Assembly (NCBI RefSeq): GCF_044704955.1
Contig: NC_091977.1
Coordinates: 11,160,001 to 11,224,000, forward strand
From: Pristiophorus japonicus
Lineage: Eukaryota
Reading direction: 5' to 3'
Length of the DNA stretch: 64,000 bases
Shown here: one piece after another, positions 62,748 through 64,000 of the stretch
Position numbering within the stretch: the stretch's first letter is position 1
Layout: each line of letters opens with the position of its first letter
The notes under the pieces: model-generated
What the model was told of the DNA's origin: nothing
The model's input: the letters and a program-made list of their open reading frames with translations, nothing else
Databases searched by the model: none
Made by a program: the position numbers and the translations under genes

Positions 62748-63512
62748 TTACTATCCCACCCAGTCTAATCCCACTCTCCCGCTCTCTCCCTGTATCCTTT
62801 AATATCCCACCCAGTCTAATCCCACTCTCCCCTCACTCCCCATACCCTTTAATATCCCAACCAGTCTAATCCCACTCTCCTGCTCTCTCCCTGTATCCTT
62901 TAATATCCCACCCAGTCTAATCCCACTCTCCCCTCACTCCCCGTACCCTTCCATATCCCACCCAGTCTAATCCCACTCTCCCTCACTCCCCATACCCTTT
63001 AATATCCCACCCAGCCTAATCCCACTCTTGCCTCACTCCCCGTACCCTTTAATATCCCATCCAGTCTAATCCCTCCCTCCTGCTCACTCCCCATAACCCT
63101 TTACTATCCCACCCAGTCTAATCCCACTCTTGCCTCACTCCCCGTACACTTTAATATCCCATCCAGTCTAATCCCTCGCTTCTGCTCACTCCCCATACCC
63201 TTTAATATCCCACCCAGTCTAATCCCACTCTCCCTCACTCCCCATACCCTTTAATATCCCACCCTGTCTAATCCCACTCTTGCCTCACTCCCCGTACCCT
63301 TTAATATCCCACCCAGTCTAATCCCTCCCTCCTGCTCACTCCCCGTACCCTTTAATATCCCACCCAGTCTAATCCCACTCTTGCCTCACTCCCCGTACCC
63401 TTTAATATCCTACCTAGTCTAATCCCTCCCTCCTGCTCACTCCCCATACCTAATATCCCACCCAGTCTAATCCCACTCTCCCCCTCACTCCCCACACCCT
63501 TTAATACCCCAC
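62748..63512. repeat. ~50-51 bp C-rich tandem repeat (~15 copies)
   Basis: CCCACCCAGTCTAATCCCACTCTCCCCTCACTCCCCATACCCTTTAATAT units. Confidence 0.9.
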
Positions 63513-64000
63513 TTTCCATCAGTTTTCTAATTCCCTATTAAAAGGGTCTTTACTGCAATCAGAACAAATCAAAGAGTCTGTCTCTACAGATTCCACAGGT
63601 GAGCTTCCCACAACACCAAGACCAGAGGCTATGAAAATGTCCTGTCCCTTTAAGGGGTCACCATGGCGACATTGCAGTTAGGGGCTAAATGTGCCTAAAT
63701 ACATTGTGTGTGCTTATTTAAAGAACAAAAAACATTTTATGATATTAAAAAAGACATATTTCAGATATGTCACAGACCTGTATTTATTACTGCATCGAAT
63801 CCAGGGACCTGGAATGATAATCCATAAAACAGAAGTTCACATTCCACCACAGTAATGAGAGAATATGAAATCTGTTAATAAAGAAGCCCGGAAATAAAAA
63901 TCTGGTATTGGTAAAAGTGCCCGTGAAGCGGTGGGACTGACGTCAAAACCGCACTTATTCACTAACGTCCTTTAGTGAAGGAAAGCTGCCATGCCCTGAC

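Noticed and set aside
63576-63606. Possible 9-nt microexon (TCTCTACAG|ATTCCACAG|GTGAGC)
   Set aside because: It is too short to support without transcripts, and the surroundings resemble decayed retroelement sequence.

Overview
Eukaryotic, repeat-rich vertebrate DNA. The CR1, L2, RTE, Tx1 and Deu-type SINE content suggests a cartilaginous fish (shark); this is an inference. There are no prokaryotic features. Layout: (1) 1-3926, a young, near full-length CR1 LINE on the minus strand, with ORF2 open to the window edge and ORF1 (zinc finger plus SGNH esterase) carrying one frameshift. (2) 3927-32441, a ~28.5 kb G/T-skewed 21-bp satellite with a homogenised higher-order-repeat core and diverged flanks. 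(3) 32.5-41.5 kb, nested CR1/L2/RTE fragments, a TSD-flanked solo LTR, a 67-bp satellite and a second LTR-like element. (4) 41695 to at least 61480, a multi-exon plus-strand gene that the ORF track does not assemble. It has a signal peptide, a Siglec-15-type V-set domain that keeps the sialic-acid-binding Arg, a second V-set domain (not C2), an uncharged TM segment and Cys-rich cytoplasmic exons, all with compatible splice phases. This V-V, Lys-less Siglec-15-like receptor is the best candidate for something new. Its introns also hold near-perfect inverted duplications, one ending 74 bp upstream of the TM exon. Coordinates were read by eye; repeat boundaries are approximate.
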